This document shows positions 30,362 to 40,344 of a DNA stretch of 64,000 bases, piece after piece. How positions within the stretch are numbered: position 1 is the first letter of the stretch; the number at the start of each line of letters is the position of its first letter. Under the pieces are notes generated by a model. It saw only the letters and a program-made list of their open reading frames with translations, made no database searches and had not been told where the DNA came from. A program made the translations under genes and the position numbers. This stretch comes from Myxococcota bacterium (GTDB taxonomy: Bacteria; Myxococcota; XYA12-FULL-58-9; JALHOP01): NCBI GenBank assembly GCA_041288095.1, contig JBGGMJ010000082.1:1-64000 (forward strand). Reading direction: 5' to 3'.

Positions 30362-31752
30362 TTGCGCAACGTGGTTGCCAGCTCTTCGTAGAGGTGAATG
30401 GTCGACTTGGTAACGCGCTCCCAGTCACCGATGTGCTGCGACTCGTCGATACCGTGGATGTACGAATACGGGTCCTCGATGCCGAGCATGATCGCCGGCA
30501 CGCCGCCGAGCGCCTCGCAGAACGGACCGACGAAGGGAATCGATCCACCGGCGCCGAGAATCGTGGGCTCGCGGCCGAAGCCGGCTTGCAGCGAGCGCGC
30601 CGCCGCCTGGAACGCGGGATGCTCCGTCGAGCAATGCCACGCCGGCGACGCCTGGTGTCGGGTCACGGTGACCTGCGCGCCGAACGGGGGGTTCTCCTCG
30701 AGCTTCTTGACCAAAGCGTCTTGCGCCGCCTTGGGATCCTGGTCGGGCACCAAACGCACACCGACGCGGGCCCAGGCGCTCTCGACGAGGATGTTGCGAG
30801 CGTCCGCTCGAGAAGACGCCTGCATGGCGTTGATGGCGATGGTCGGCTTGCGCCAGATCGCCTCGAAGGGGCTCCCCTCGGTGGTGAGCGGGACGCCGTC
30901 GAGGATCCCCGACATCTTGCGGAAGCCGCTCTTGTCGATGGGCAGCTTCTCGAGCGAGGCACGCTCGGCCGCGTTCATCGGCATGACCTTCTCGTAGAAG
31001 CCCGGGAGATCGACGCTGCCGTCGTCCTTGGTAAGGCGCGCGAGGATCTTGCACAGGGCCATGGCGGCGTCGGGCAGCGGACCGCCCCACATGCCGGAGT
31101 GCAGCGGCCCCTTCAGAACCTTCACCTCGACATCGACGGCGGCCATGCCGCGCAGCGAGTTCGTGAGCGACGGGATGCCGGTGTCGATGTTCGCCGTGTC
31201 GGTGATGATGATGGCGTCGGCCTGCAGCCGATCGAGATGCTTATGTAAGAACTTCATCAAGTGCGCCGAGCCGATCTCTTCTTCGCCTTCGATGAGGAAC
31301 TTGAGATTCACCGGGAGCTTGCCGCCGCCGGCCTTGCGCCAGCTGTCGACCGCCGCCGCATGGATCGAGATGCCGACCTTGTCGTCCGAGGTGCCGCGCC
31401 CGTAGAGCCGGCCATTGCGCTCCGTCGGCGTGAAGGGCGGCGAGGTCCACTGCGAAGCATCGCCCGCCGGCTGCACGTCGTGGTGCGCGTACAGAAGTAG
31501 AGTCGGCGCCTTAGGATCAGCGACGACCTCCGCGAAAACGTACGGGTGCGCGTCATCGAGCGGCAGGATCTCGACCTTGTCGAAGCCACGCTTCTTGAGC
31601 AGGTCCGCGGTCGCTTGAGCGGACACCTTCATGTGGCTGTGGTCGAACCCCGGAAAAGAGATGCTCGGGATCGCGACCAGGGCCTTCAGATCTTCCAAGT
31701 AATCGCGGCGGTTTGCGTCAAAATGGGCGGCGGCTTTGGCGGCATTCGACAT
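30358..31752 (-). CDS. M20 family metallopeptidase (dipeptidase-like)
   Basis: YAHHDVQP, YGRGTSDDK, EGEEEIGS, LHSG, GGSIP, HGIDE. Confidence 0.92.
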   Translation of the reverse strand: MSNAAKAAAHFDANRRDYLEDLKALVAIPSISFPGFDHSHMKVSAQATADLLKKRGFDKVEILPLDDAHPYVFAEVVADPKAPTLLLYAHHDVQPAGDASQWTSPPFTPTERNGRLYGRGTSDDKVGISIHAAAVDSWRKAGGGKLPVNLKFLIEGEEEIGSAHLMKFLHKHLDRLQADAIIITDTANIDTGIPSLTNSLRGMAAVDVEVKVLKGPLHSGMWGGPLPDAAMALCKILARLTKDDGSVDLPGFYEKVMPMNAAERASLEKLPIDKSGFRKMSGILDGVPLTTEGSPFEAIWRKPTIAINAMQASSRADARNILVESAWARVGVRLVPDQDPKAAQDALVKKLEENPPFGAQVTVTRHQASPAWHCSTEHPAFQAAARSLQAGFGREPTILGAGGSIPFVGPFCEALGGVPAIMLGIEDPYSYIHGIDESQHIGDWERVTKSTIHLYEELATTLRK

Positions 31753-31832
31753 GCGGGAGGCGTAGCAAGGCGGATACCCGGGCGCAATATGTGGCCAAGA
31801 GGCCACAGGTCATGGTAAGCCCTGTGAATCAC

Positions 31833-33260
31833 ATGGAAACCGATCCGAAGGCAGGCACGACGGGTCCCCTCCCTCGGCCACGCCAGACGACCATCGTCGC
31901 TGATCGCACGCAGATCCAGCTGCAACGGTGCAAGCTCGTCCAAATGACGGGCGGCGCCAAGGGCCGCGAGTTCGAGCTGTCGCGTCGTCGTGTCGTCGTG
32001 GGCTCGAGCGAGAGCTGTGACCTTCGCCTCACCGATAACACCGTTTCGAAAGAACATTTCGCCATCATCCGGGACGAGCAGAGCTACCTGCTGCAAGACC
32101 TGGGCAGCACCAACGGCACCTTCCTCGACAACGCGCGCATCAAAGAGGTCTATCTGCGACCCGGCGCGCTCATCAAAGCCGGCGAGGTCTTCTTCCGCTT
32201 CGAGCCGGTCTACGAGCGCATCGAGCTCGTGCCCTCCGACCGGGCCGACTTCGCGGGCCTACTCGGCGTCTCGTTCCGCATGCGCGAGATCTTCACCGTG
32301 CTCGAGAAGGTGGCCGCGACCGAGGCGACCATCCTCCTGCAAGGTGAGACCGGCACCGGCAAGGGCGCGGTCGCGCGCGCCATCCATCAGGCGTCGCTGC
32401 GCAAAGATCAAAAAATCGTCATCTTCGATTGCGGCGCCATCGCCCCGACGCTCATCGAGAGCGAGCTCTTCGGCCACGAACGCGGTGCTTTCACCGGCGC
32501 CGTGCAGCAACGCAAAGGCGCGCTCGAAGAGGCACAAGGCGGCACGCTCTTCATCGACGAGCTCGCTGAGTTGCCCCTCGAGCTGCAACCGAAGCTCTTG
32601 CGCGCCCTCGAAGAGCGCACCTTCACGCGCGTCGGCAGCAACAAGTCGATGAAGGTCGACTGCCGCGTCATCGCCGCCTCGCAGCGTGACCTCTGGACCG
32701 AAGTGTCCGCCGGCCGTTTCCGCGAAGACCTCTATTTCCGCCTCGCGGTCGTCACCATTCCCCTGCCGCCGCTGCGCGACCGCACCGAAGACATTCCGAT
32801 GCTGGTCGACGGCTTCATGAAGGACATCCCGCACTCGAAGGTGAAGACCTTCGACGAGCTACCGTCCGACATGCAGCGCAAGCTCCTCTCGCACGATTGG
32901 CCGGGCAACATCCGCGAGCTGCGCAACACCGTCGAGCGCATGGCGCTCATGGACGGCGCCGACCCATTCATGCGCCGGCCGCAGCGGCTCGATGGCACCG
33001 TCGCAGGTGCCCCAGGCGGAGCCCCAGCCCCAGGCAGCCCGCCCGCGGCCCCCTCTGGCAACCTCAGCGCCGACTACGACCTGCCCTTCAAAGACGCCAA
33101 GGACAACTTGGTCTCCGCCTTCGAGCGCGAGTACCTGACGCGGCTGTTGTCCCGCACCAGCAACAACATCGCGCGCGCGGCCCGCGAGGCGTCTATTGAC
33201 CGGAAGTACCTCTACACTCTACTCGCGAAGCACGGTCTGTCCGGCAACGACGACTCATGA
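31833..33260 (+). CDS. FHA-domain sigma54 enhancer-binding protein
   Basis: FHA (VSKEH, DLGSTNGT), GETGTGK, GAFTGA, WPGNIREL, Fis-type HTH. Confidence 0.93.
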   Translation: METDPKAGTTGPLPRPRQTTIVADRTQIQLQRCKLVQMTGGAKGREFELSRRRVVVGSSESCDLRLTDNTVSKEHFAIIRDEQSYLLQDLGSTNGTFLDNARIKEVYLRPGALIKAGEVFFRFEPVYERIELVPSDRADFAGLLGVSFRMREIFTVLEKVAATEATILLQGETGTGKGAVARAIHQASLRKDQKIVIFDCGAIAPTLIESELFGHERGAFTGAVQQRKGALEEAQGGTLFIDELAELPLELQPKLLRALEERTFTRVGSNKSMKVDCRVIAASQRDLWTEVSAGRFREDLYFRLAVVTIPLPPLRDRTEDIPMLVDGFMKDIPHSKVKTFDELPSDMQRKLLSHDWPGNIRELRNTVERMALMDGADPFMRRPQRLDGTVAGAPGGAPAPGSPPAAPSGNLSADYDLPFKDAKDNLVSAFEREYLTRLLSRTSNNIARAAREASIDRKYLYTLLAKHGLSGNDDS

Positions 33261-33907
33261 CCATGACAGGACTTCCGCGCTACATCGCCATCGAGGGTCC
33301 GATTGGCGTCGGTAAGACGACGCTCACGCAGAAAATCGCCGAGCGCATCAACGCCAGGGTCGTCCTCGAAGAGTTCTCCGACAACCCGTTCCTGCGTGAC
33401 TTCTATCAGGACAAGGACCGGGTCGCGTTCCAGACGCAGGTCTACTTCCTGGTCGCCCGCTTCAAGCAGCAAGAGGAGCTGCGGCAGCACGACCTGTTCG
33501 CGCGCTCCATCGTCAGCGACTACCTCTTCGCCAAGGACCGCATCTTCGCTTACCTGAACCTCGCCGAAGCCGAGCTCCAGCTCTACGAGCGCATCTACGA
33601 CTTGTTGCGCCCGCGCTTGGTGAAGCCCGACCTCGTGGTCTACCTGCAAGCACGCCCCGACGTCTTGATGAAGCGACTCCGCAAACGCGGACGCGAGATG
33701 GAAGCCTCGGTCGAGGTGCAGTACCTCGATTCGTTGCAGCGCGCGTACAACCAGTTCTTCTTCCACTACGACGAGTCGCCGCTGCTCATCGTCGAGACCA
33801 GCGACATCGACGTGCGGCTCGACGAAGACTTCGATCTGCTCATCGACGCCATGAGGCGCGCGACCCACGGCACCAATCATTTCGTGCCCCGCTCACGCGC
33901 CGGCTGA
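33257..33907 (+). CDS. Deoxynucleoside kinase (dCK/dGK family)
   Basis: IAIEGPIGVGKTT, NPFL..FY, KPDLVVYLQA, RGREME. Confidence 0.92.
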   Translation: MTMTGLPRYIAIEGPIGVGKTTLTQKIAERINARVVLEEFSDNPFLRDFYQDKDRVAFQTQVYFLVARFKQQEELRQHDLFARSIVSDYLFAKDRIFAYLNLAEAELQLYERIYDLLRPRLVKPDLVVYLQARPDVLMKRLRKRGREMEASVEVQYLDSLQRAYNQFFFHYDESPLLIVETSDIDVRLDEDFDLLIDAMRRATHGTNHFVPRSRAG

Positions 33908-33989
33908 GTGTGCCGCTGTGTCGGCAGCCGGATCCAAAGCACCGCCGAGCTGCGCGCATCGATAACCAGACAACTCGTCGGAGATTGTC

Positions 33990-34523
33990 ATGGCCTCTAT
34001 TTCGAATTCGCCCGTCACCACCGCTGACCTACGCGACCGCGCCTGGGACGCCCTCGGCGCCCACTTCCTGTTACCCCGCGACCTAAGCCTCCTTCAGGAA
34101 GGCGTGGCGACCAAGAAGAGCCTCGCGACCGCGAAGGCCGCTCTCGCCGAGACCGAAAAGCTGGCGGCAATGACGGCCCCCGGCGCCGCCGATTCGAGCC
34201 ATCAGTTCGACCGCGTGACCATCACCGTTTGGGGACCGGACCCGTGGAAGGTCACCGTCGCCGGCGACACGGTCGACGCCGTCGTGAACGAGCGCCGGGA
34301 ACGCAAGTACCTCGGCGGTCTGTTCACGCACACCGAGACCAACGACATGAGATCCAAGGGTGAGCGCGCCAACGTCCACGAGTGGGCGTCCAAGGCCGCC
34401 ACCGCCGGGCAGCGCCTGGTCGGCGCCATCGAGTCGCGCCTCGCGGCCCAAAGCGGCATAGAAACGGCGCTCGCCGGTGTCCGCGAACGCGTCGAGCCCG
34501 TGCTGGACCGCATCCGCCGCTGA
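33990..34523 (+). CDS. Orphan protein, paralog A (paralog of 38133..38669)
   Basis: GGAG RBS; shares EKLAAMTAPGAxDSS, VTVxGDxVxA, VGAIExxLAAQxGxETALxGV with 38133. Confidence 0.85.
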   Translation: MASISNSPVTTADLRDRAWDALGAHFLLPRDLSLLQEGVATKKSLATAKAALAETEKLAAMTAPGAADSSHQFDRVTITVWGPDPWKVTVAGDTVDAVVNERRERKYLGGLFTHTETNDMRSKGERANVHEWASKAATAGQRLVGAIESRLAAQSGIETALAGVRERVEPVLDRIRR

Positions 34524-34525
34524 GC

Positions 34526-35551
34526 TTATTCGCCCGGCGCGTGGATACCGTGACGCCGCAGCAAGTCGGCAAGGTGACCTCGGTCCATGTCGGCGAGCCT
34601 TGCCGCCTTCGAGACGTTGCCGTGACAGTGCTCGTAGAGCTGCTTCAAGTAGCTGCGCTCGAAGTACGAGATCACCGCGGCGCGCGCTTTGTTGTAGCTG
34701 ACGATGGCGCCCTCTTCCGTGGTGTTGGCGACGGGGTCCGGCACCGTCCACACCACGCTCGGATTCTCGAGCGCCGCGATGTGGTCGAAGACACCGTCGT
34801 CGCCCATGGTCACCGCGGCGTCGACGAGGTTGCGCAGCTCGCGAACGTTGCCCGGCCAGGAGTAGCCGAGCATCCGCTCCACCGTATCGTCCGGCACCAA
34901 CCGCTCTAGCGGACCGGTGTACCCAGCGCGCCGCGCGAAGTGACGGATGAGCACCGGAATATCCTCGGGGCGGTCGCGCAGCGCCGGTGTTTGCAGCACG
35001 ACGATGGCGAGGCGGTGATAGAGGTCTAGACGGAAGGTCTGCTTGCTGACGTCGGTGCGCAGGTTGCGGTTCGTCGCCGAGACGATGCGGGCCCGCAGTG
35101 CGATGTCGGTGTTGCCACCGATTCGCCGGAAGCTGCCGCGCTCGAGCACGCCGAGGAGCATCGCCTGCGACGCCGGCGGTAGCTCGCCGATCTCGTCGAG
35201 GAATACGGTGCCGTCACCCGCTTGCTCGAACGCGCCCGGGTGTCTGTCCACCGCGCCGGTGAAGGCGCCGCGCTCGTGGCCGAACAGCTCGCTACCGATC
35301 AGTGTCGGCGATAGCGAACCGCAATCGACGACCACGAACGGCTTGGCGGCCCGAGGGCTGAGCTCGTGAATAGCGCGTGCCACCAGCTCCTTGCCCGTGC
35401 CGGACTCGCCAGTGACCAGGATGGGGACCGATGCGCGCGCGCCCTTCTCGATGAGCGCGTGCAGGCGCTGCACTTGGGCGGAAACGCCCTTCAGACCCGC
35501 GAGCTCGGGGCGAGGTATCGTACATGCAGCCAATTCTACAGCGCGGCTCAT
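34526..35551 (-). CDS. Sigma54 activator lacking an N-terminal sensory domain (PspF/HrpR-like architecture)
   Basis: GESGTGKE, GAFTGA, DEIGEL, WPGNVREL, HTH; AAA+ domain begins about 20 aa from the start. Confidence 0.9.
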   Translation of the reverse strand: MSRAVELAACTIPRPELAGLKGVSAQVQRLHALIEKGARASVPILVTGESGTGKELVARAIHELSPRAAKPFVVVDCGSLSPTLIGSELFGHERGAFTGAVDRHPGAFEQAGDGTVFLDEIGELPPASQAMLLGVLERGSFRRIGGNTDIALRARIVSATNRNLRTDVSKQTFRLDLYHRLAIVVLQTPALRDRPEDIPVLIRHFARRAGYTGPLERLVPDDTVERMLGYSWPGNVRELRNLVDAAVTMGDDGVFDHIAALENPSVVWTVPDPVANTTEEGAIVSYNKARAAVISYFERSYLKQLYEHCHGNVSKAARLADMDRGHLADLLRRHGIHAPGE

Positions 35552-35585
35552 GCCTCGTCCCTCACGCCGAAGGTTACGGTGCCTA

Positions 35586-36524
35586 TCAGCCACTGATCTT
35601 GCGCACGACCGCCATAGCGGTGTCGTGCAGGACTTTGGAAATGTTCGACATCATCTGCAGCGTCTGCTGCTGCTTTTGCAGCATGTTCTGCAGATCGACA
35701 TTCGCTAGCTGCGCATCGTCACCAACGGAGTTGAGCTGTGATTCCAGATCGTCGATGAACCCGCTGAGCTCTTCCTTCGTTGGCCAAAGGTCGAGTCCGA
35801 CTTTGTCCTCTCTGATCGGGACCAACCTACCCTCGGCATCGAGCTGCGGGATGGAAGCCCACCGTGACACGGCTTCGGCCGCACCTGGGTAGCGCGGCAG
35901 CCCAAAGTTGGGGTTCGGCCGCCGAACGCCGTCGGCACCGACGATAGAACGATCCATATCGATGGCATCGAGCGGGAACTTGATGGGATTGTTTGCGTTT
36001 TCGCCGTCTTCGGGCGCCCCGGCGTTGTCCGACAGGGCCTTGCGCAGGCCGGTGATGTCGGTGCGGATCTTCTTCTTGAGGTCGTTATAAAAGGCGACCT
36101 TCTGGGCGTAAAAGTTCAGGTCTTCGGTGCTCGAAAGGTACGACTCGCGCAGCACCTGCTGGACGAGATCGTTCACGTCGCGCGTTCCCTTCACGCCCAG
36201 ACGGCCGACGAGCGCGGCGAAGTCATCCCGTGTGGTTTGATCGACCACAGCTGCGGTCGCGAGGCCCGCGGCGAACGCGCGAACTTCCCCGTCGCGGCCA
36301 AGCGCGGGCGGGTGAACGTCCGTGGTGCTCAGGCCATCCACCCGCGCTTGCGTCCGCACAAGCGCCAGCGACACAGGCGCGCGTTGCTCGTGGTCGACGG
36401 AGGCCGGGAGGGACGGCAGCTCACCCGTGTCCGGGATAGCGGTCTGCTCGCGAGCCGAGCCACCAACCTGCGACACGGAGCTGACCAAGCGAGACGAACG
36501 GGTAGATTGGACCTGCGACAGCAT
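35586..36524 (-). CDS. Putative T3SS tip/filament-type (Bsp22/EspA-like) protein
   Basis: GAGGAGG RBS; Ser-rich N-terminus, no signal peptide; C-terminus DDAQLANVDLQNMLQKQQQTLQMMSNISKVLHDTAMAVVRKISG. Confidence 0.6.
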   Translation of the reverse strand: MLSQVQSTRSSRLVSSVSQVGGSAREQTAIPDTGELPSLPASVDHEQRAPVSLALVRTQARVDGLSTTDVHPPALGRDGEVRAFAAGLATAAVVDQTTRDDFAALVGRLGVKGTRDVNDLVQQVLRESYLSSTEDLNFYAQKVAFYNDLKKKIRTDITGLRKALSDNAGAPEDGENANNPIKFPLDAIDMDRSIVGADGVRRPNPNFGLPRYPGAAEAVSRWASIPQLDAEGRLVPIREDKVGLDLWPTKEELSGFIDDLESQLNSVGDDAQLANVDLQNMLQKQQQTLQMMSNISKVLHDTAMAVVRKISG

Positions 36525-36564
36525 GGTGCCTCCTCGAGCAAACGGGGTTTGTACGAAGGGGCAC

Positions 36565-36580
36565 TGCAGGGGTTGGGCCG
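36565..36580 (-). promoter_or_regulatory. Possible sigma54 promoter for the 36524-34526 operon
   Basis: Minus strand CGGCCCAACCCCTGCA, GG-N10-GC, 40 nt upstream of ATG; imperfect consensus. Confidence 0.4.
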
Positions 36581-36727
36581 TCGGACATTTCCGTTGAGAT
36601 TCCGCGTTCGTGCGAGAAACCAGCCTCTCTGTTGCTGGGTCGACCCACCAGGGTCGCTGCCGCATGTTTCATGGCTCGACGCCGCTTCCTTGGCCTCGAC
36701 TCGGCGTCGTCGAGCGTAGAGTGCTCC

Positions 36728-38053
36728 ATGCGCAAGCTCCCCTTCGTCGTCCTCGTAGCGAGCGTGACCGCGTGCGGTGCGCCCGAAGGAGACAATCTCT
36801 CGTCCTGGGCAGTGCGGCTCACGAACGCGTCGCCGTCCGCATCGCAAGCCCAGGTGATCGCGGATCGCATCGGCTCGACCGATCCACTCGACGCGGCCTG
36901 GGGAGCCTACCTGGCCGGCGATTTGGGCCTGACCTCTATGGCGGACGCACTCGTCGGGCTCACGCGGGACGGCCCCCTGCTTCGGGGCGCGGCGCTCGAC
37001 GCGCTGGCTCGAGTCGGTGGCAGCATGCCCGATGCACGCCTGCGAGAGCTCATGCCGTTGGACCCAATGACCGCGATGGCGGTCGCGCTGCAAGAGCCGG
37101 CGGCGCATCGCGACCTCATCTTCGATGCCTTCGTGACCGCGCACGACACGCTGCCTGAAACCGTCGGCGACATGTTGGCCTCGTCGGATCTCGCGACCTG
37201 GCGGGCCTACGCCAACGCCCTTGGCTGGCTCCGCGACCGTGAATTCGCGGCGACCCTGCTGGCCAGCCTCGAAACGTCGATCGATGTCGAGGTCGTTTCA
37301 CCCGGCGATTTCATCGCTGGCTTCGGCTGCCGATGCGGTGGAGCGTTCGGCTCGTCCTGTCACGGCTTTGGCTACCAGCCCTTCACCGCCCTGCCTCCAG
37401 TCGGTACGTGGAGCATCCGCGAGGCGAATGACGACGCCTGCGTCGTACTCCTCCCCGGTCCGACTGACGTGTGTCTTGCGCGCGTCGAGGGGCGCTTCCA
37501 GGAGAGCGTGCGCGAGCGCGCCCTCGGAGGCTTACCTCTGCGTCACTGGGTGAGCAGCATCGGTCACGACGCGGCACTGGCGGCCGTGGATGACTACGGC
37601 GAGGACGACGGCGAGCTGCTCGACCCGCAAGCACCCGAGGAGGTGGAGGCAGTCGACGAGAACGATTTCGACGGCGCCGGTGAGCCCGAGTCTCCCAGCC
37701 CGGAGACGCGCGAAGCCTGCCCGGCCGACGCCACCATCGCGGACGGAAAGCTCGACGCGGTGGAGAGCCCTTTGAACGACGAGCTGCTCGCGTACCTCTC
37801 GGCACTCCAAGGTGAATCGCTCCGTTTCGACGGACGGTTGTCGGTCCGCCACGTCTGGACCGGCGAAGAGGCCTACCGCGCGCGGGTGGAGAGCCTGCGC
37901 GACCGGATTCGCGCGGCGCACGCCACGCTCGGGCGAGCGCTAGCCGACGCCTATCTGCTACCCGACGGCTATCACTCGATGGCCCCATCCATTCAGGTGT
38001 TCGCGACGGACGAACGCACCTGTGGCGCGACCTCGACGTTGCCCCGCCTCTGA
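36728..38053 (+). CDS. Hypothetical lipoprotein
   Basis: MRKLPFVVLVASVTAC lipobox; HEAT-like helices, Gly/Cys segment, acidic insert. Confidence 0.7.
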   Translation: MRKLPFVVLVASVTACGAPEGDNLSSWAVRLTNASPSASQAQVIADRIGSTDPLDAAWGAYLAGDLGLTSMADALVGLTRDGPLLRGAALDALARVGGSMPDARLRELMPLDPMTAMAVALQEPAAHRDLIFDAFVTAHDTLPETVGDMLASSDLATWRAYANALGWLRDREFAATLLASLETSIDVEVVSPGDFIAGFGCRCGGAFGSSCHGFGYQPFTALPPVGTWSIREANDDACVVLLPGPTDVCLARVEGRFQESVRERALGGLPLRHWVSSIGHDAALAAVDDYGEDDGELLDPQAPEEVEAVDENDFDGAGEPESPSPETREACPADATIADGKLDAVESPLNDELLAYLSALQGESLRFDGRLSVRHVWTGEEAYRARVESLRDRIRAAHATLGRALADAYLLPDGYHSMAPSIQVFATDERTCGATSTLPRL

Positions 38054-38081
38054 GAGCGCCAACCGATCACCGGCGAGAACC

Positions 38082-38108
38082 CGAACACGCTGCGCGAGCG
38101 GCCGATAA
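38082..38108 (+). promoter_or_regulatory. Sigma28-like promoter motif (perfect -10)
   Basis: CGAAC-N14-GCCGATAA upstream of 38133. Confidence 0.6.
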
Positions 38109-38132
38109 GGAAGGCCAAGAACGGAGCATCCG

Positions 38133-38669
38133 ATGTTGACGAGTATTGCCAGAAACCGTGACCTCACCGAAGAAGCCCTCACCGCCGCGGCGTTCGAAGC
38201 CCACGACAAGCGCCTGCTCGGCACGCAAGAGGTCAATCAGCTCATTCGTGGCCGGGCGACTCCGGCCGTCCTTCAAAGCGCGAAGCTTGCCCTCGCCGCG
38301 AACGAGAAGCTCGCCGCCATGACCGCGCCGGGGGCTCCGGACAGCAGCGCCACGCTGCAGGCGGCCGCCATCGGGTTCATCGGGCCGAAGGATTTCGCCG
38401 TCACCGTCACGGGCGACAAGGTCGAGGCGGCGAGCAATCGCAACGACGTCACCAAGTTCCTGTTCATCACGCGCACGAACACCAGCTCCCTCCAGATCGA
38501 GACGTCCCGCGCCGACGCGCACGCCGCGGCGACCACGGCCGTCGCCGCCGCCAAGCGTGTGGTTGGGGCCATCGAGGGGCAGCTCGCGGCCCAGGTCGGC
38601 GTCGAGACCGCGCTCTACGGCGTGATGGCGCGCACCGAGTCGTTGATCGAGCGCATCAAGGGGTTCTGA
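38133..38669 (+). CDS. Orphan protein, paralog B (paralog of 33990..34523)
   Basis: GGAG RBS; near-identical length (178 vs 177 aa) and collinear motifs. Confidence 0.85.
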   Translation: MLTSIARNRDLTEEALTAAAFEAHDKRLLGTQEVNQLIRGRATPAVLQSAKLALAANEKLAAMTAPGAPDSSATLQAAAIGFIGPKDFAVTVTGDKVEAASNRNDVTKFLFITRTNTSSLQIETSRADAHAAATTAVAAAKRVVGAIEGQLAAQVGVETALYGVMARTESLIERIKGF

Positions 38670-38675
38670 TGTGCT

Positions 38676-40325
38676 CTAGACGCTGATCGCGCCTTTGCGG
38701 AACTCCGAGGCACCGATCTCGACGTTCACGACCGCCGGCAACGGCGAAGCGAAAGCGCGCTGTAACGCCGCGTCGATGTCCTTGGCGCGCGTCACGTGCT
38801 CGCCGTGGCAGCCGAGTCCCTGCGCGACGATGTCGTAACGGGTCTTGGCGAGCCCGGTGGCGACCGCGCGCTCCTCGCCGTACATGTCGATCTGGCCACG
38901 GCGGATCTGCGTCCAGGCGCCGTCGTTGCCGATGATGCACGTCACTTTGATGCCCTGACGCGCCATGGCTTCGAACTCGAAGCCGTTCAGGCCGAAGGAG
39001 CCGTCGCCCGATACGAGCACCACGTTGTGATCGGGCTTCGCGAGCTTGGCCGCCATAGCGTACCCTGGACCGACACCCAGGGTGCCCAGCGGACCCGGGT
39101 CCATCCACGAACCAACGCCGTTCACGTCGAGGATGTAGGCCGCGGTCGCGACGAAGTCGCCGCCATCGCCGACGACGATGGCCTTCTCACCCAGGTGCGC
39201 GTTCAACCGCGAGCACAGGTACATGGGATTGATCGGGTCACCGCTGTTCGTAAGCTCGGCCTTGTCCTTGCCGACGCGGCGCGCTTCGGCCTCGCGCATG
39301 GTGGCAAGCCAGGCCGACCGGTCGCTGCCCTTCCCGGCGAGCCGCGTTGCCAAGCCTTCGAGCACGAGCCCGGTGTCGCCGACGATGCCGATGTCGACTC
39401 GCCGATTGCGGCCAATCTCGCCGCCGTCGAGGTCGACCTGGATGAGCTTCACGTCCTTGCCGATGGCCTCACCGTAGCCCAGACGGAAATCGAGCGGCGT
39501 CCCGAAGATGACGACGACGTCGGCCTGCGCCAGCGCGTCCTTGCGCGAGCGTGTGAAGCGGCACGGGTCACCGACAGGCATTGCACCGCGCGCCATGCCG
39601 TTCACGAAGGCCGGCATCGGCGACGCTTTCAGGAAAGCCGCGAGCGCCTCACGCTTGTGCGACCAGCGCCACTGCGAGCCGACGATGAGCATCGGCTTCG
39701 CGGCGCCGCGAATCGCCTCGGCGGCGCGGTCGAGCATCGCCGGATCGCCCGCCGTCTTGGCCTCGGTGCGGTATCCGTCATAACGGATGACGTCGTTCTC
39801 GTCGGCGCCCATGATCAGGATATCGAGCGGCATCTCGAGAAATACAGGGCCAGGGACGCCGGTGGTGGCGACGCGGAACGCGGTCTGGATGTATTCGCCG
39901 AGTCGGCGGGTCTCGGGGACCGACACCGACCACTTGGTGATCGGCCGCATGAGCTCGACGTGATTCATGTCCTGCAGCGACCCACGGTCTTGGCCGCCGA
40001 ACTGCGAAAGCATGCGGGCACCCTGACCGCCGATGAGCACCATGGGAACCTGAGCACGCTGCGCGTTCGCTACAGCGGTCACGGCATCGGTCACGCCGGG
40101 ACCCGCGGTCACCGCCGCGACACCCGGTTGCCCGGTGGCGCGCGCCCAGCCGTCGGCCGCGTGCGCCGCGCTCTGCTCGTGACGCGTATCGATGACGCGG
40201 ATGCCGTGCGAGAGGCAGCCGTCGTAGATCATCTGAATGTGCCCGCCGCACAGCGTGAAAAGGTGCGAGACTTTTTCGGCGGCGAGGGCCTGGGCAACGA
40301 TGTGGCCGCCTTGCAAGAACGCCAT
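38676..40325 (-). CDS. TPP-dependent enzyme (acetolactate synthase-like / 2-hydroxyacyl-CoA lyase family)
   Basis: FTLCGGHI, RHEQSAAHAA, TAGPG, GDGSFG...GNDG. Confidence 0.9.
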   Translation of the reverse strand: MAFLQGGHIVAQALAAEKVSHLFTLCGGHIQMIYDGCLSHGIRVIDTRHEQSAAHAADGWARATGQPGVAAVTAGPGVTDAVTAVANAQRAQVPMVLIGGQGARMLSQFGGQDRGSLQDMNHVELMRPITKWSVSVPETRRLGEYIQTAFRVATTGVPGPVFLEMPLDILIMGADENDVIRYDGYRTEAKTAGDPAMLDRAAEAIRGAAKPMLIVGSQWRWSHKREALAAFLKASPMPAFVNGMARGAMPVGDPCRFTRSRKDALAQADVVVIFGTPLDFRLGYGEAIGKDVKLIQVDLDGGEIGRNRRVDIGIVGDTGLVLEGLATRLAGKGSDRSAWLATMREAEARRVGKDKAELTNSGDPINPMYLCSRLNAHLGEKAIVVGDGGDFVATAAYILDVNGVGSWMDPGPLGTLGVGPGYAMAAKLAKPDHNVVLVSGDGSFGLNGFEFEAMARQGIKVTCIIGNDGAWTQIRRGQIDMYGEERAVATGLAKTRYDIVAQGLGCHGEHVTRAKDIDAALQRAFASPLPAVVNVEIGASEFRKGAISV

Positions 40326-40344
40326 AGCGGATTCCCCCGGGGTG

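Noticed and set aside
33908..38675. Mobile element or prophage explaining the accessory block
   Set aside because: No integrase, transposase, terminal repeats or att-like duplications seen
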